DNA from: Thermoanaerobaculia bacterium
GTDB taxonomy: Bacteria; Acidobacteriota; Thermoanaerobaculia; Multivoradales; Multivoraceae
Length of the DNA: 64,000 nucleotides
Assembly (NCBI GenBank): GCA_963664405.1
Contig: OY761158.1
Location: 2,816,001-2,880,000 of the forward strand
Reading direction: 5' to 3'
How positions within the stretch are numbered: the stretch's first letter is position 1; each line of letters begins with the position of its first letter. The translations under genes and the position numbers were made by a program. Below the pieces are notes generated by a model, which saw only the letters and a list, made by a program, of their open reading frames with translations, was not told the DNA's origin and did no database searches. This document shows, one piece after another, positions 20,260 to 29,917 of this stretch.

Positions 20260-21489
20260 ATGATCTCAAATCCGGGCGCTGAAGGCGTCTCACCGGTCCG
20301 AGTGCTATTTGTCGCCCCAACGGGTGATCTCAGCGGCGGCGAGAATAGCCTCCTCGCGCTGCTCGAGCGCTTGGACCGAGATCTCGCAGAGCCGGTCGTG
20401 CTGGCGCCCTTCGAAGGTCGTTTCACCGAGAGATTGGGCGCCTCAGGCATCGAGGTACTCGTTCAGCACTTCCCCAACTTCTCGGCCGATGAGATCCGAC
20501 CCAGCAGACTCCCCAACCCGCATGACACGTGGACCGCCAGCCGCGAGATCGCCGAGATCATCCGTCGAAGAGAAATCCGCATCGCGCACATCAACTCTTA
20601 TCGCGTTGCTCTCGCCCCGAGCCTGGCGGCCCGTCGAGTCGGTGTGCCGGTGATTTGGCATGTACGCGAAATACCTGGTCGCAGGTGGGTCTCCGGGCTG
20701 GTGAGCCTTGCGGCTGTGAGCCTCGCAGATCGGGTGATCGTCGTTTCTGCGGCAACTGCCAACGGCTTGCGCAGACCCCTCCGCGGATCAGAGAGAATTC
20801 GAGTGGTCCACAACGGAATCGACGCCGAATCATTCCTCGATAGAGGTGCAAACTGGTCGACGATTCGGTCCGATATCGGCGTCCCGGAAACTGTGCCACT
20901 GGTATGCAACGTGGGCCAGATGATCGTGTGGAAAGGGCAGGATCTTCTCCTCGCCGCCGCCCGCGAGGTCCTCGACCACCTCCCCGACGTGCACTTCGTC
21001 TTTGTCGGCTCTACGCTTCGCATGAACGTGGGAGACTCGACAGCGAAAGGGGTTTTCGAGCAGCGCCTTGGCGAAATGGTCGATCGTCTGAACCTTCAAG
21101 GGCACGTTCATTTCCTCGGATATCGAGACGATGTATCGGCCATCCTTCAGGCTTCCGACCTCTACGTCCATACCGCCCGCCGTCCCGACGCTCTTCCCCG
21201 GGTCTTGCTGGAAGCCATGGCCTGTGCGACTCCGATCGTCGCTCCTTGCGGGGGAGGGATCCCCGAGATGATCGTGGACGGACAAGATGGCCGTCTCTAC
21301 CGCCAGGGATCGACGGCCGCGCTCGTGAGGGCGGTTCTCGAGTCGCTCCAGGACAGGGCCGAAGCCCAGGCGCTAGCGGCGCGCGCGCGCGCGACGGTGA
21401 AGAGCCGCTTCAGCCTCGAGGCTCACGTCGGCGCCATTCAGGGCATCTATCGAGAGCTGCTTTCGAGCCGGCGGGCAGTTACCCAGTAG
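20260..21489 (+). CDS. glycosyltransferase family 4
   Basis: LSGGE, WHVRE, VHNGID, WKGQD, LPRVLLEAMAC. Confidence 0.9.
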   Translation: MISNPGAEGVSPVRVLFVAPTGDLSGGENSLLALLERLDRDLAEPVVLAPFEGRFTERLGASGIEVLVQHFPNFSADEIRPSRLPNPHDTWTASREIAEIIRRREIRIAHINSYRVALAPSLAARRVGVPVIWHVREIPGRRWVSGLVSLAAVSLADRVIVVSAATANGLRRPLRGSERIRVVHNGIDAESFLDRGANWSTIRSDIGVPETVPLVCNVGQMIVWKGQDLLLAAAREVLDHLPDVHFVFVGSTLRMNVGDSTAKGVFEQRLGEMVDRLNLQGHVHFLGYRDDVSAILQASDLYVHTARRPDALPRVLLEAMACATPIVAPCGGGIPEMIVDGQDGRLYRQGSTAALVRAVLESLQDRAEAQALAARARATVKSRFSLEAHVGAIQGIYRELLSSRRAVTQ

Positions 21490-22025
21490 GCAGATGGAAA
21501 TCCCGCCTCGGACTCGTCCATCCCGTCGAGAACGACGATTTCGTAGTCGTGCGCGAGCAGATGCCTCAGGCCGTACTCGGTGAAGCGCCAGAAGTCTTGA
21601 GGGGCCATGTGGATCGCTTGGCGGAACGGAACTCCAAGCAGGAGGGTGCCTCCCGGACGAAGAATTCGCGTCATCTCGGCTAGGGCGGCGCGGTAGTCGT
21701 CGACATGCTCCAATACACCACGCAGAAGATGCAGTCGAAGCTTTCGGCTTCGATCTCCGGCATGCTCCGCACATCGACCACGAGGTCGGCACCGAATTCT
21801 GAGCCGACCTCCGAGGTCAGATAGGAGTGAGAGCGGGGGAAGTAGTCCTGGTAAAGACCACCCGCACCGTCCTCATCCCGGCCCGAGCCGAGGGACAGGA
21901 CGCTCCCGCCAATCGGCGCCGCATGTGGCGAATCACAGGTTCGATTCTCGTCGAGCCTTCGACGGGCCCCCGCGTCCGATGAGACGAGCACCCAAGGTCC
22001 GGAGTTTCGCTACCAGCTCGGTCAT
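21447..22025 (-). pseudogene. class I SAM-dependent methyltransferase, frameshifted
   Basis: AAGGAGG + ATG 22025; the frame breaks near 21935 and again near 21721 (IFC|GVLEHV); motifs VLSLGSG, RILRPGG, DFWRFT lie in different frames. Confidence 0.75.
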
Positions 22026-22081
22026 TTCTTGCCTCCTTTCAACAGCGGACGCCTGCGAGTTTAGCCGTCACCAGGGCGAAG

Positions 22082-23557
22082 TCATCGCCCGGCAGCCGGC
22101 AGCAGCCGCTTCCACCCGGCGAGCGCGGTAGCGGCAAGGACGATTCCGGCGAAGATGCCTCGCAACAGGAGAGGCTGCAGGAGCGAGCCGGCGATCAGGG
22201 GGACGAGCGAAGCTATGGTGAGAGCCGTCAGAGACCTCGTATGCCTACGCACCGCCGGCACGGTCCGGTGCGCCAGGACAATGGCCATGACTGTGTCGAG
22301 CGCCACTCGCCCGGTCCATGCAACCGCAGCTCCGAGGATGCCGAAGCGTGCCGTCATCCACCATGCGAGCGGCAGATACGGCAGCAGCTGGAGGAGATGG
22401 ATCTTGGTTGTGAGATCTGGACGACCCGCCCCCTGCACCAGAACATGAGGTACGCGGTTGACGCTACTCAGTAGGAGCCCGAACGAGAGGCAGCGGAGGA
22501 CCGGCCCGCTGCGCTCGGCAAACTCCTCACCAAGCCAGAGACGCATGATCTCGGGGGCAAAGGTCGCGAGTACGAAGGCGGCCGACCCCATCGCCACCAG
22601 CAATAGGTCGAATCCCCGCCGGTAGAGAGCTGACGCTCGTTGGCCACCGGCGCTCAGGTCGGTGCTGAAGGTCGGAAAAAGGACCGAAAGCACTGCGTTG
22701 GGGAGGTTGAGGAGACGAACGAGCAGCTGTCCGGGGGTGGCATAGAAGGAGACTGAGGTGGCGCCTACTATGAAACCTACGAACAACCGATCCACATAGA
22801 CAAGGAGCGGACCGATCAATCCGTCGACCGTGACCCAGCCGCCAAAGCCGAGCAAGGGGAGCGCGTGATGAGTGTCGATCTTCAAGCCCGAGGTTTGCCA
22901 TTCTACTTTCCTCGCGCACGCCACCGCGCTAACAAGACAGGTCAGAAGGCGGCCCGACAGCTGGACCATGACGATGTGATCGAGCCGAGCCGTCAGCGGC
23001 AGGACGGCAAGCGGTGCTAGATAAGTCCAAGCGCCTCCGAACGCCCGCAGGGAGCTCACCAGGCCGAAGCTGCGGTGAGCTTCGAGAACACCGCGGAATC
23101 CTGCCTCGGCGAGAAGGATGGGTACCGCCGTCGCCACCAAGAAGAAGGAGCGTCGGGCCTCGGGCACCAACTCCGCCGGCATTTTCAGGATGCGTTCCGC
23201 CAGAATCGGCGAGAGCAGCATGCCGAGGGCGGCGATAATGATACCGAGGGCGCCTATCATGGCCATCCCGGTCGTCACCAGAGACGGTATCGATTCGAAG
23301 TCGCGCTGTCCGATCCGGCGCGCGACACTGTGGGTCAGCGCGCGACCTATTCCCAGATCGAATACTCCGTAGTAGCCAATCAGGACGGCGATAACGAGAA
23401 GCAGTCCGAAGCGTGCAGTTCCCATGGCGCGCAACAGGAAGGGCACTGCCAGCAGAGCAGCGAGCATCGACACGATATGGCCGCCGACAGTGACGGCGAC
23501 ATCGCGGTCGACCCGCGCCGGCGCTGTGCCATCTGGGGAGGAGGTAGTTCGCTTCAA
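22082..23557 (-). CDS. wzx: Wzx-type polysaccharide flippase
   Basis: MG..RFGLL, FDLGIGRAL, LLVYVDRLFVG, LFPTFS; many TM helices. Confidence 0.88.
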   Translation of the reverse strand: MKRTTSSPDGTAPARVDRDVAVTVGGHIVSMLAALLAVPFLLRAMGTARFGLLLVIAVLIGYYGVFDLGIGRALTHSVARRIGQRDFESIPSLVTTGMAMIGALGIIIAALGMLLSPILAERILKMPAELVPEARRSFFLVATAVPILLAEAGFRGVLEAHRSFGLVSSLRAFGGAWTYLAPLAVLPLTARLDHIVMVQLSGRLLTCLVSAVACARKVEWQTSGLKIDTHHALPLLGFGGWVTVDGLIGPLLVYVDRLFVGFIVGATSVSFYATPGQLLVRLLNLPNAVLSVLFPTFSTDLSAGGQRASALYRRGFDLLLVAMGSAAFVLATFAPEIMRLWLGEEFAERSGPVLRCLSFGLLLSSVNRVPHVLVQGAGRPDLTTKIHLLQLLPYLPLAWWMTARFGILGAAVAWTGRVALDTVMAIVLAHRTVPAVRRHTRSLTALTIASLVPLIAGSLLQPLLLRGIFAGIVLAATALAGWKRLLPAAGR

Positions 23558-24279
23558 GGAAGGAGTCGAGCGTTCCGGGTGTGCCGCTTGGTGGAGACCT
23601 CGGCCATCGTAACGTTGAGCACTCCCGTCTCTTTCTCGAAGGAGTCGGCGCCGGGCAGAATCCTCACCTCGAAACCATCGTCATCGAGCAAGCTTTCGAT
23701 GACGCGGTTGCAGCCGAACTTCTCGATGAGCTCTGGATCATCCAGATAGTAGTCATCGAAGACGACAAGGGTAGTAGGTCCGACGAGCGGAAGCACCGCC
23801 TCCCAATCTCCTCGAATGGTTTCCAGCGAATGGCCACCGTCGATGAAGATCAGATCGAAATCGAGTTTCGAGGAGGTGTGCTCGGCGACGAAGGGCGGCA
23901 AGGTCGAGGAAGAGAAGCCCTGATAGAGCTCCACTCGTGGACCGACTGCGCTCAGCGAGCGCCGAACCTCCTCGATCCCCGGAGGCAGCTTGGACAATTC
24001 GGATTCGAGGAGCTCGGAATCCATCTGCTCGAAGAGGTCGAAGCCGAAGTAGCGAACTTCGTCTGGCTGGTGAAACACGAGGGCCGTTTGAATCAGCTCA
24101 CGAGCGCGACGGCCCGTATAGACGCCGATCTCGAGGATCGTTTTGCAGCGACGGCGGAAGGCGAGCTCGAGAATCGCCGAGTATCGCGGGTTTGCTGATC
24201 TGGGATACGCCACCTTGGTTCTGTAGAAGAACCGAGAGAGGTGGACGAAGCGCCGCAGTACCATGCGAATCGACGCCAT
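23554..24279 (-). CDS. class I SAM methyltransferase (Methyltransf_24-like)
   Basis: ILEIGVYTG, YFGFDLF, DLIFIDGGHS, VVFDDY; upstream part of the track ORF is antisense to a GT gene. Confidence 0.82.
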   Translation of the reverse strand: MASIRMVLRRFVHLSRFFYRTKVAYPRSANPRYSAILELAFRRRCKTILEIGVYTGRRARELIQTALVFHQPDEVRYFGFDLFEQMDSELLESELSKLPPGIEEVRRSLSAVGPRVELYQGFSSSTLPPFVAEHTSSKLDFDLIFIDGGHSLETIRGDWEAVLPLVGPTTLVVFDDYYLDDPELIEKFGCNRVIESLLDDDGFEVRILPGADSFEKETGVLNVTMAEVSTKRHTRNARLLP

Positions 24280-24326
24280 TGTACTTGGGAATTGCAGAGA
24301 CGGAACAGCCTCGAAATAGGACCTTC

Positions 24327-24347
24327 CTCGAGACCCCGATACAATCC
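24327..24347 (+). promoter_or_regulatory. putative -10 (TACAAT) element, exactly repeated at 26685-26705
   Basis: CTCGAGACCCCGATACAATCC occurs twice, each time upstream of a GT gene. Confidence 0.5.
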
Positions 24348-24360
24348 CGGCGGGCCGGGA

Positions 24361-25503
24361 ATGAAGGCCATCCTCATCACTACCACCGAGTTCTCGCCCT
24401 TCCGAGCCGGGATTGGCACCTACACATGCGAGATCGCTGCCGCGGCTCAGGCGCTGGGAGGCGCGGTGACGGTCTTCGCGCCGAGCTACGGGACCGACCC
24501 GGCGGATTCGGACCGACTGCGCTACCCCTTCGAGGTCATTCGTTACCCCGGTGAGACTTACGATCGGCGGGCTCTTCCGGGCCTGCTCCTCCGGCTTTGG
24601 CGAGTGGTTGGTGAAAGGCCCTGGGACCTGATCCACGCGGTCGACTGGCCGACCGTCCTGGCGCTGGGCCTGATCCGCCGACTGCGGCCGCTGGAGTACC
24701 GAGCCACGGTCTATGGCTCGGAGCTTCTCGGGGTCGTCGACTCGCTGCACGTGCGCATACTTGCCGGAGGGCGTCTCTTTGCCGCCTGCGAACGGGTGCT
24801 GGCTATCAGCGACTTCACCTCCGACCTCCTCAGCCGGCGCTGTCCTTTCGTCCAGCCCGAGAAGGTCGCGATCACACCCCTCGGCGTAGCGGAGCGTTTC
24901 TTCGAGCCGCCGGATGCGGCCGCCCGGTCGGCTGTGACGAAGCGGCTCTCGATACCTGACGACCGCCAGGTGCTGCTCACGGTGGCACGGCTGGTGCCTC
25001 GCAAGGGTCACCGAGTGGCCTTGAAGGCGCTTCGCCTGCTCCCCGGCGACGTCAAACAAGGTCTCGTCTACGTTATTGCTGGGCGGGGGGATCCTGTCTA
25101 TGAGGAAGAGCTGCGCCGACTGGCGGCCGAGACCGAGGTGCGTGTGATCTTCGCCGGCGCTGTCGGCGATGCCGAATTGGTCGCCCTCTACGGCGTTGCC
25201 GACATCTTCCTCTTACCCGGAGAGCCAGACCCCAAGAGTGTGGAGGGCTTCGGGCTGGTCTACCTCGAGGCCGCGGCGCAAGGAACGCCGGCGGTGGCTT
25301 CGCGCTTGGGTGCCATTCCCGAGGTAGTGCGCCATCAGGAAACCGGACTACTGGTCGAAGCTTGCGACCACGAGGGCTTGGCGGCGGCGCTTGCAGATCT
25401 GCTGAATCACCCGACTCGGCTCGCCGGCATGGGCGCCGCGGCACGCGAACGGGCCCGGGACTACACCTGGGAGCGATGTGCGCGCCTGAGCTATGAGCTC
25501 TGA
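24361..25503 (+). CDS. glycosyltransferase family 4, copy 1
   Basis: EFSP..GIGTY, VARLVPRKGH, EGFGLVYLEAAA. Confidence 0.92.
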   Translation: MKAILITTTEFSPFRAGIGTYTCEIAAAAQALGGAVTVFAPSYGTDPADSDRLRYPFEVIRYPGETYDRRALPGLLLRLWRVVGERPWDLIHAVDWPTVLALGLIRRLRPLEYRATVYGSELLGVVDSLHVRILAGGRLFAACERVLAISDFTSDLLSRRCPFVQPEKVAITPLGVAERFFEPPDAAARSAVTKRLSIPDDRQVLLTVARLVPRKGHRVALKALRLLPGDVKQGLVYVIAGRGDPVYEEELRRLAAETEVRVIFAGAVGDAELVALYGVADIFLLPGEPDPKSVEGFGLVYLEAAAQGTPAVASRLGAIPEVVRHQETGLLVEACDHEGLAAALADLLNHPTRLAGMGAAARERARDYTWERCARLSYEL

Positions 25504-25634
25504 GCGTCGCGGGGTGACGCTCGCTCAGACTCCTGCCTGGGTTCGCCGCGGTGCCGAGCTTGGGTCCGCTATACTGATCACGGCTCGGTGTTGACCGGCT
25601 GGCTTTATCACGGCGCGAACTGACTCCGGGCATC

Positions 25635-26492
25635 ATGCTGAGAAACAAGCGACTTATCCTCGCTCTTTTGATCTCTGTCGGGGTTGCGCTCGTCTCCGTC
25701 TCGGGCCGTCTCGGACCGAGCTATCGACAGCTCCGGTTCCGCCTCAGCGGAACCGTCTCGGTGAACGGCGACACCATGCGCCTCGACCCATCCGACTCCG
25801 TGATCACCCCCTTCATGGTCGAGACGGGGACGTGGGAGCCGACGGAGACGGCCATCTTTCGGGAGCACACGGGGCCTGGCGACACTGTCATCGATGTCGG
25901 CGCCAACGTCGGCTACTACACTCTGCTCGGCGCAAGCCTGGTCGGTGAAGAGGGCAGAGTCATCGCCTTTGAGCCTGACCCCGCTGCTTTCGACCTACTG
26001 ATGGGGAACGTGGCGAGCAACGGATATCGCAATGTGACCCTCGAACAGAAGGCGGTTTCCAACGAGGAAGGCACCCTCGATCTCTACATCGCCGAGGCCA
26101 ACAAGGGAGATCATCGAATCTATCAGCCTGGAGGGCGCGAGCACGTGGAGGTGGAGACGGTATCGCTCGACGGCTACCTGGCGAATTCTCCCGGACGCGT
26201 CGACTTCCTCAAGATCGACACCCAGGGTGCCGAGGGGGCTATCCTTGCGGGCGCCATCGACACCTTGACTCGCAACCAAGATATCGTGCTTGTCGTCGAG
26301 TTCTGGCCCGCCAGTATGCGCGAGCTCGGCTACGACCCCGCCGCCGTGCTCGAGACCCTGACCGATCTCGGCTTCCACCTCTCCTACATCGATGAGCAGT
26401 TCGGCACCGTCACCCCCGTCGATGCGAGGATGGTTCTGAAGAATCTCACTGTCGAGAACAAAAAGTGGAGCAATCTACTCTGCAAACGCTGA
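25635..26492 (+). CDS. FkbM family methyltransferase
   Basis: WEPTET, IDVGANVGYY, AFEP, LKIDTQGAE; N-terminal hydrophobic anchor. Confidence 0.9.
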   Translation: MLRNKRLILALLISVGVALVSVSGRLGPSYRQLRFRLSGTVSVNGDTMRLDPSDSVITPFMVETGTWEPTETAIFREHTGPGDTVIDVGANVGYYTLLGASLVGEEGRVIAFEPDPAAFDLLMGNVASNGYRNVTLEQKAVSNEEGTLDLYIAEANKGDHRIYQPGGREHVEVETVSLDGYLANSPGRVDFLKIDTQGAEGAILAGAIDTLTRNQDIVLVVEFWPASMRELGYDPAAVLETLTDLGFHLSYIDEQFGTVTPVDARMVLKNLTVENKKWSNLLCKR

Positions 26493-26684
26493 GGAGCTCT
26501 CTTTCGTTCAAACCGCCTTGTCACGGTTCACACGCAGTCCATCCCGTACCTGATGAAGTCTCGAGGCAAGCTCTGCTAGCGCGAGATCGTCCCAAACATC
26601 GCGGTCGGCCCGCGCCCGGCCCGTTGCCATCTGGCGAGGAATAGTAAGGAAGCGACACCTCCTAATCTCCTCGATCGGACCCTT

Positions 26685-26705
26685 CTCGAGACCCCGATAC
26701 AATCC
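26685..26705 (+). promoter_or_regulatory. second copy of the TACAAT-containing 21-mer
   Basis: Identical to 24327-24347, with degenerate similarity on both flanks. Confidence 0.5.
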
Positions 26706-26789
26706 GGCCGGGAGCCCCGGAACGATTGCCATCGCAAGGAAGACACGGCTTGACCCAGACTCATCGCTCCTAGAGGCTGATGCTGAATC

Positions 26790-27887
26790 ATGGAGATTCT
26801 CTACTATCTTGCCGACCAAAACCCCCATCGCGACCGCAGTCTAGGGATCTCGCAGTACACCTTGGGACTCATCGATGGAGTCGCTCGCCTCGGCTCCCAT
26901 CGAGTCTGGAGTCTCGAATCGACCTCTTCGATCCAGGCTTTGATGAGTGATCGCAGGATCCGACTGCCATGGAAGACGGACCGCTTGGCCGGGCGGCTTG
27001 TGGCCGATTATCTGGGAGCGCTGGACCCCCGGCTGCCGAGAGTCGAGATCCACCACTACCCTAAGGGATTTCTTTCTCCTACTCCGCGGCGGCGAGGCGC
27101 CCTCGTCGGAACCGTCTGCGACACGATTCTCGTGCACTATGCCGAGAGGTACCCGCGCGAGCGCAGCCGCTTGGCCTACCAGTACCTCTGCTGCGTCCTG
27201 GCCTCCTCGCTGAGGCGCTTTGATCTCGTCTGCACTCTGTCGCAATTCTCGAAGCGGTGCATCGAGGACTTCTGCCGCAAACGCACGATTACGCCTCCGA
27301 GGATCGTAGTCACCTATCTCGGCGCGCGTTGGGAGGAAGAGGCTGGTTCGGCCCTGTCCAGAGCCGCCCGAGGAGACTATGTCATCCACCTAGCCTCCAT
27401 TCATCCACACAAGGGTACTCGGCGCCTCCTGGACCTCTGGCGGGCGTACCGAGCGCACAACCCTGAGGCGCCTCGCCTTCTGTTGGTCGGCTCGATGACG
27501 CCCGAGGCTCGGGCCGAGGCAGAGTCGATCCCCGGGACGCAGTGCCAGTCGGGGGTGAGCGACGCCCATCTTGAGGAACTGCTGCGCGAGGCCCAGCTGC
27601 TCCTCCTCCCCTCCGAGATCGAGGGCTTCGGCCTTCCGGCGCTAGAAGCGCTCTATCTGGGGACGCCGACTGTCTTCCCGAGCGACACGGCAATCGAGGA
27701 GGTGCTCGGCAAAGACGACTCGGGACGATTCGAGCTCGGTGAGACAGACTCCTTCATGACAGCGGTCGATCGGACGCTGTTGACCGAGCCGGCCGAGGTC
27801 AAAGAGCGAGCCGTTGCCCTCGCCGACAGGTTCTCTTGGGCAAGATGTGTCGACAGGACGATCGCGGCGTACTCCGAGCTCCTCTGA
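26790..27887 (+). CDS. glycosyltransferase family 4
   Basis: SLGISQY, HPHKG, PSEIEGFGLPALEA, FSWARC. Confidence 0.88.
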   Translation: MEILYYLADQNPHRDRSLGISQYTLGLIDGVARLGSHRVWSLESTSSIQALMSDRRIRLPWKTDRLAGRLVADYLGALDPRLPRVEIHHYPKGFLSPTPRRRGALVGTVCDTILVHYAERYPRERSRLAYQYLCCVLASSLRRFDLVCTLSQFSKRCIEDFCRKRTITPPRIVVTYLGARWEEEAGSALSRAARGDYVIHLASIHPHKGTRRLLDLWRAYRAHNPEAPRLLLVGSMTPEARAEAESIPGTQCQSGVSDAHLEELLREAQLLLLPSEIEGFGLPALEALYLGTPTVFPSDTAIEEVLGKDDSGRFELGETDSFMTAVDRTLLTEPAEVKERAVALADRFSWARCVDRTIAAYSELL

Positions 27888-27900
27888 GGCCGGCGACCCC

Positions 27901-29043
27901 ATGAAGGCGATCCTCATCACCACCACCGAGTTCTCGCCCTACCGAGGAGGAATCGGTACTTACACCTACGAGATCGCTGCCGCGGCTCAGGCGCTGGGAG
28001 GCGCGGTGACGGTCTTCGCGCCGAGCTACGGGACCGACCCGGCGGATTCGGACCGACTGCGCTACCCCTTCGAGGTCATTCGTTACCCCGGTGAGACTTA
28101 CGATCGGCGGGCTCTTCCGGGCCTGCTCCTCCGGCTTTGGCGAGTGGTTGGTGAAAGGCCCTGGGATCTGATCCACGCGGTCGACTGGCCGACCGTCCTG
28201 GCGCTGGGCCTGATCCGCCGACTGCGGCCGCTGGAGTACCGAGCCACGGTCTATGGCTCGGAGCTTCTCGGGGTCGTCGACTCGCTGCACGTGCGCATAC
28301 TTGCCGGAGGGCGTCTCTTTGCCGCCTGCGAACGGGTGCTGGCTATCAGCGACTTCACCTCCGACCTCCTCAGCCGGCGCTGTCCTTTCGTCCAGCCCGA
28401 GAAGGTCGCGATCACACCCCTCGGCGTAGCGGAGCGTTTCTTCGAGCCGCCGGATGCGGCCGCCCGGTCGGCTGTGACGAAGCGGCTCTCGATACCTGAC
28501 CACCGCCAGGTGCTGCTCACGGTTGCACGGCTGGAGCCTCGCAAGGGTCACCGAGTGGCATTGAAGGCGCTTCGCCTGCTCCCCGGCGACGTCAAACAAG
28601 GTCTCGTCTACGTTATTGCTGGGCGGGGGGATCCTGTCCATGAGGAAGAGCTGAGCCGACTGGCGGCCGAGACCGAGGTGCGTGTGATCTTCGCCGGCGC
28701 TGTCGGCGATGCCGAATTGGTCGCCCTCTACGGCGTTGCCGACCTCTTCCTCTTACCCGGAGAGCCAGACCCCAAGAGTGTGGAGGGCTTCGGGCTGGTC
28801 TACTTGGAGGCAGCGGCGCAAGGAACGCCAGCAGTGGCTTCGCGGTTGGGTGCCATTCCTGAGGTAGTGCGCCATCAGGAGAGCGGCGTTCTGGTCGAAC
28901 CATGCGATCACGAGGGATTGGCGATGGTGCTGGCAGATCTTTTGCGGGACCCGGGGCAGCTCGAGAGTCTGGGCACCCTAGGTCGTGAACGGGCTCGGGA
29001 TTACACCTGGGAGAGATGTGCCCGTTTGACCTATGACCTCTGA
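27901..29043 (+). CDS. glycosyltransferase family 4, copy 2
   Basis: Same length as 24361-25503, offset 3540 bp, near-identical sequence. Confidence 0.92.
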   Translation: MKAILITTTEFSPYRGGIGTYTYEIAAAAQALGGAVTVFAPSYGTDPADSDRLRYPFEVIRYPGETYDRRALPGLLLRLWRVVGERPWDLIHAVDWPTVLALGLIRRLRPLEYRATVYGSELLGVVDSLHVRILAGGRLFAACERVLAISDFTSDLLSRRCPFVQPEKVAITPLGVAERFFEPPDAAARSAVTKRLSIPDHRQVLLTVARLEPRKGHRVALKALRLLPGDVKQGLVYVIAGRGDPVHEEELSRLAAETEVRVIFAGAVGDAELVALYGVADLFLLPGEPDPKSVEGFGLVYLEAAAQGTPAVASRLGAIPEVVRHQESGVLVEPCDHEGLAMVLADLLRDPGQLESLGTLGRERARDYTWERCARLTYDL

Positions 29044-29872
29044 GCTGAGGATACTCTTGGACCCTCTCGATCAGATGCAAGAACCACAAGAGCTTCCCGC
29101 CCGACCCATCCTCGGCACGCCGGTGGTCTTGACGGATTACCGAGGCGCGTTTGAATGCGTGTCGGCCTGGGCCAAGCTCCGCGAGCAGCCACGCCTTGTA
29201 GATGCTGCCAACACTCACGTCGTGGCGATGGCCCGCCAGCGCCGGAGCTTCTACGAAACGATGAATCGCTTCGATCTGGTCTTGCCGGATGGAATGCCTT
29301 TGGTTTGGGTCCTCAATCGGCGCTACCGCGCCCGACTCGAGGATCGGGTCTACGGTCCGACGCTCATGGAGCGCGTGTTCGATTGGTCTCAGGAGCCCGG
29401 CCATGGCCATCTCCGTCATTACCTGCTTGGAAGCAGTGACCAGATTCGTGAGAAGGCGTCCGAGACTCTTTCAAGACGCTTCCCCGCCGCCGTTATCGAT
29501 TCTGGTTATTCGCCACCTTTTGGTGGCTGGGATGCGAACGAGGACCGGGCGATCCTCGATCGGATTGCCGATTCGGGGGCCAACCTCATCTGGGTCGGCT
29601 TCGGATGCCCCAAACAGGAAGAGTTCTTGGCGCGCTTGCGGCCTCGACTCCCGGTAGGGGTGTATTTGGCGGTCGGCGCTGCCTTCGCCTTCCATGCCGG
29701 TACCGTCCCCCAGGCACCGAAATGGCTCCAGAGGATCGGGATGGAGTGGTCTTTTCGCTTGCTGATGGAGCCTCGCCGCCTATTCAAGCGCTACTTCGTA
29801 TACAACTCTCTCTTCGTTTTCTATTTGCTTCGGGACGGACTATTCGGCAGGCCGAATCGCAGTCGCGGATGA
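29033..29872 (+). CDS. WecB/TagA/CpsF family glycosyltransferase (GT26)
   Basis: PDGMPLVW, RVYGPTLM, WVGFGCPKQE, VGAAF, GMEWSFRLLMEPRRL. Confidence 0.93.
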   Translation: MTSELRILLDPLDQMQEPQELPARPILGTPVVLTDYRGAFECVSAWAKLREQPRLVDAANTHVVAMARQRRSFYETMNRFDLVLPDGMPLVWVLNRRYRARLEDRVYGPTLMERVFDWSQEPGHGHLRHYLLGSSDQIREKASETLSRRFPAAVIDSGYSPPFGGWDANEDRAILDRIADSGANLIWVGFGCPKQEEFLARLRPRLPVGVYLAVGAAFAFHAGTVPQAPKWLQRIGMEWSFRLLMEPRRLFKRYFVYNSLFVFYLLRDGLFGRPNRSRG

Positions 29873-29917
29873 GCGTTGAGCCATCGCCGGCCGAACGATC
29901 GGTTATCCTGCGCTTCC

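Noticed and set aside
24280-25059. 501-aa version of the methyltransferase
   Set aside because: The extension is antisense to GT4 copy 1 and recurs opposite copy 2, so it is a shadow frame.
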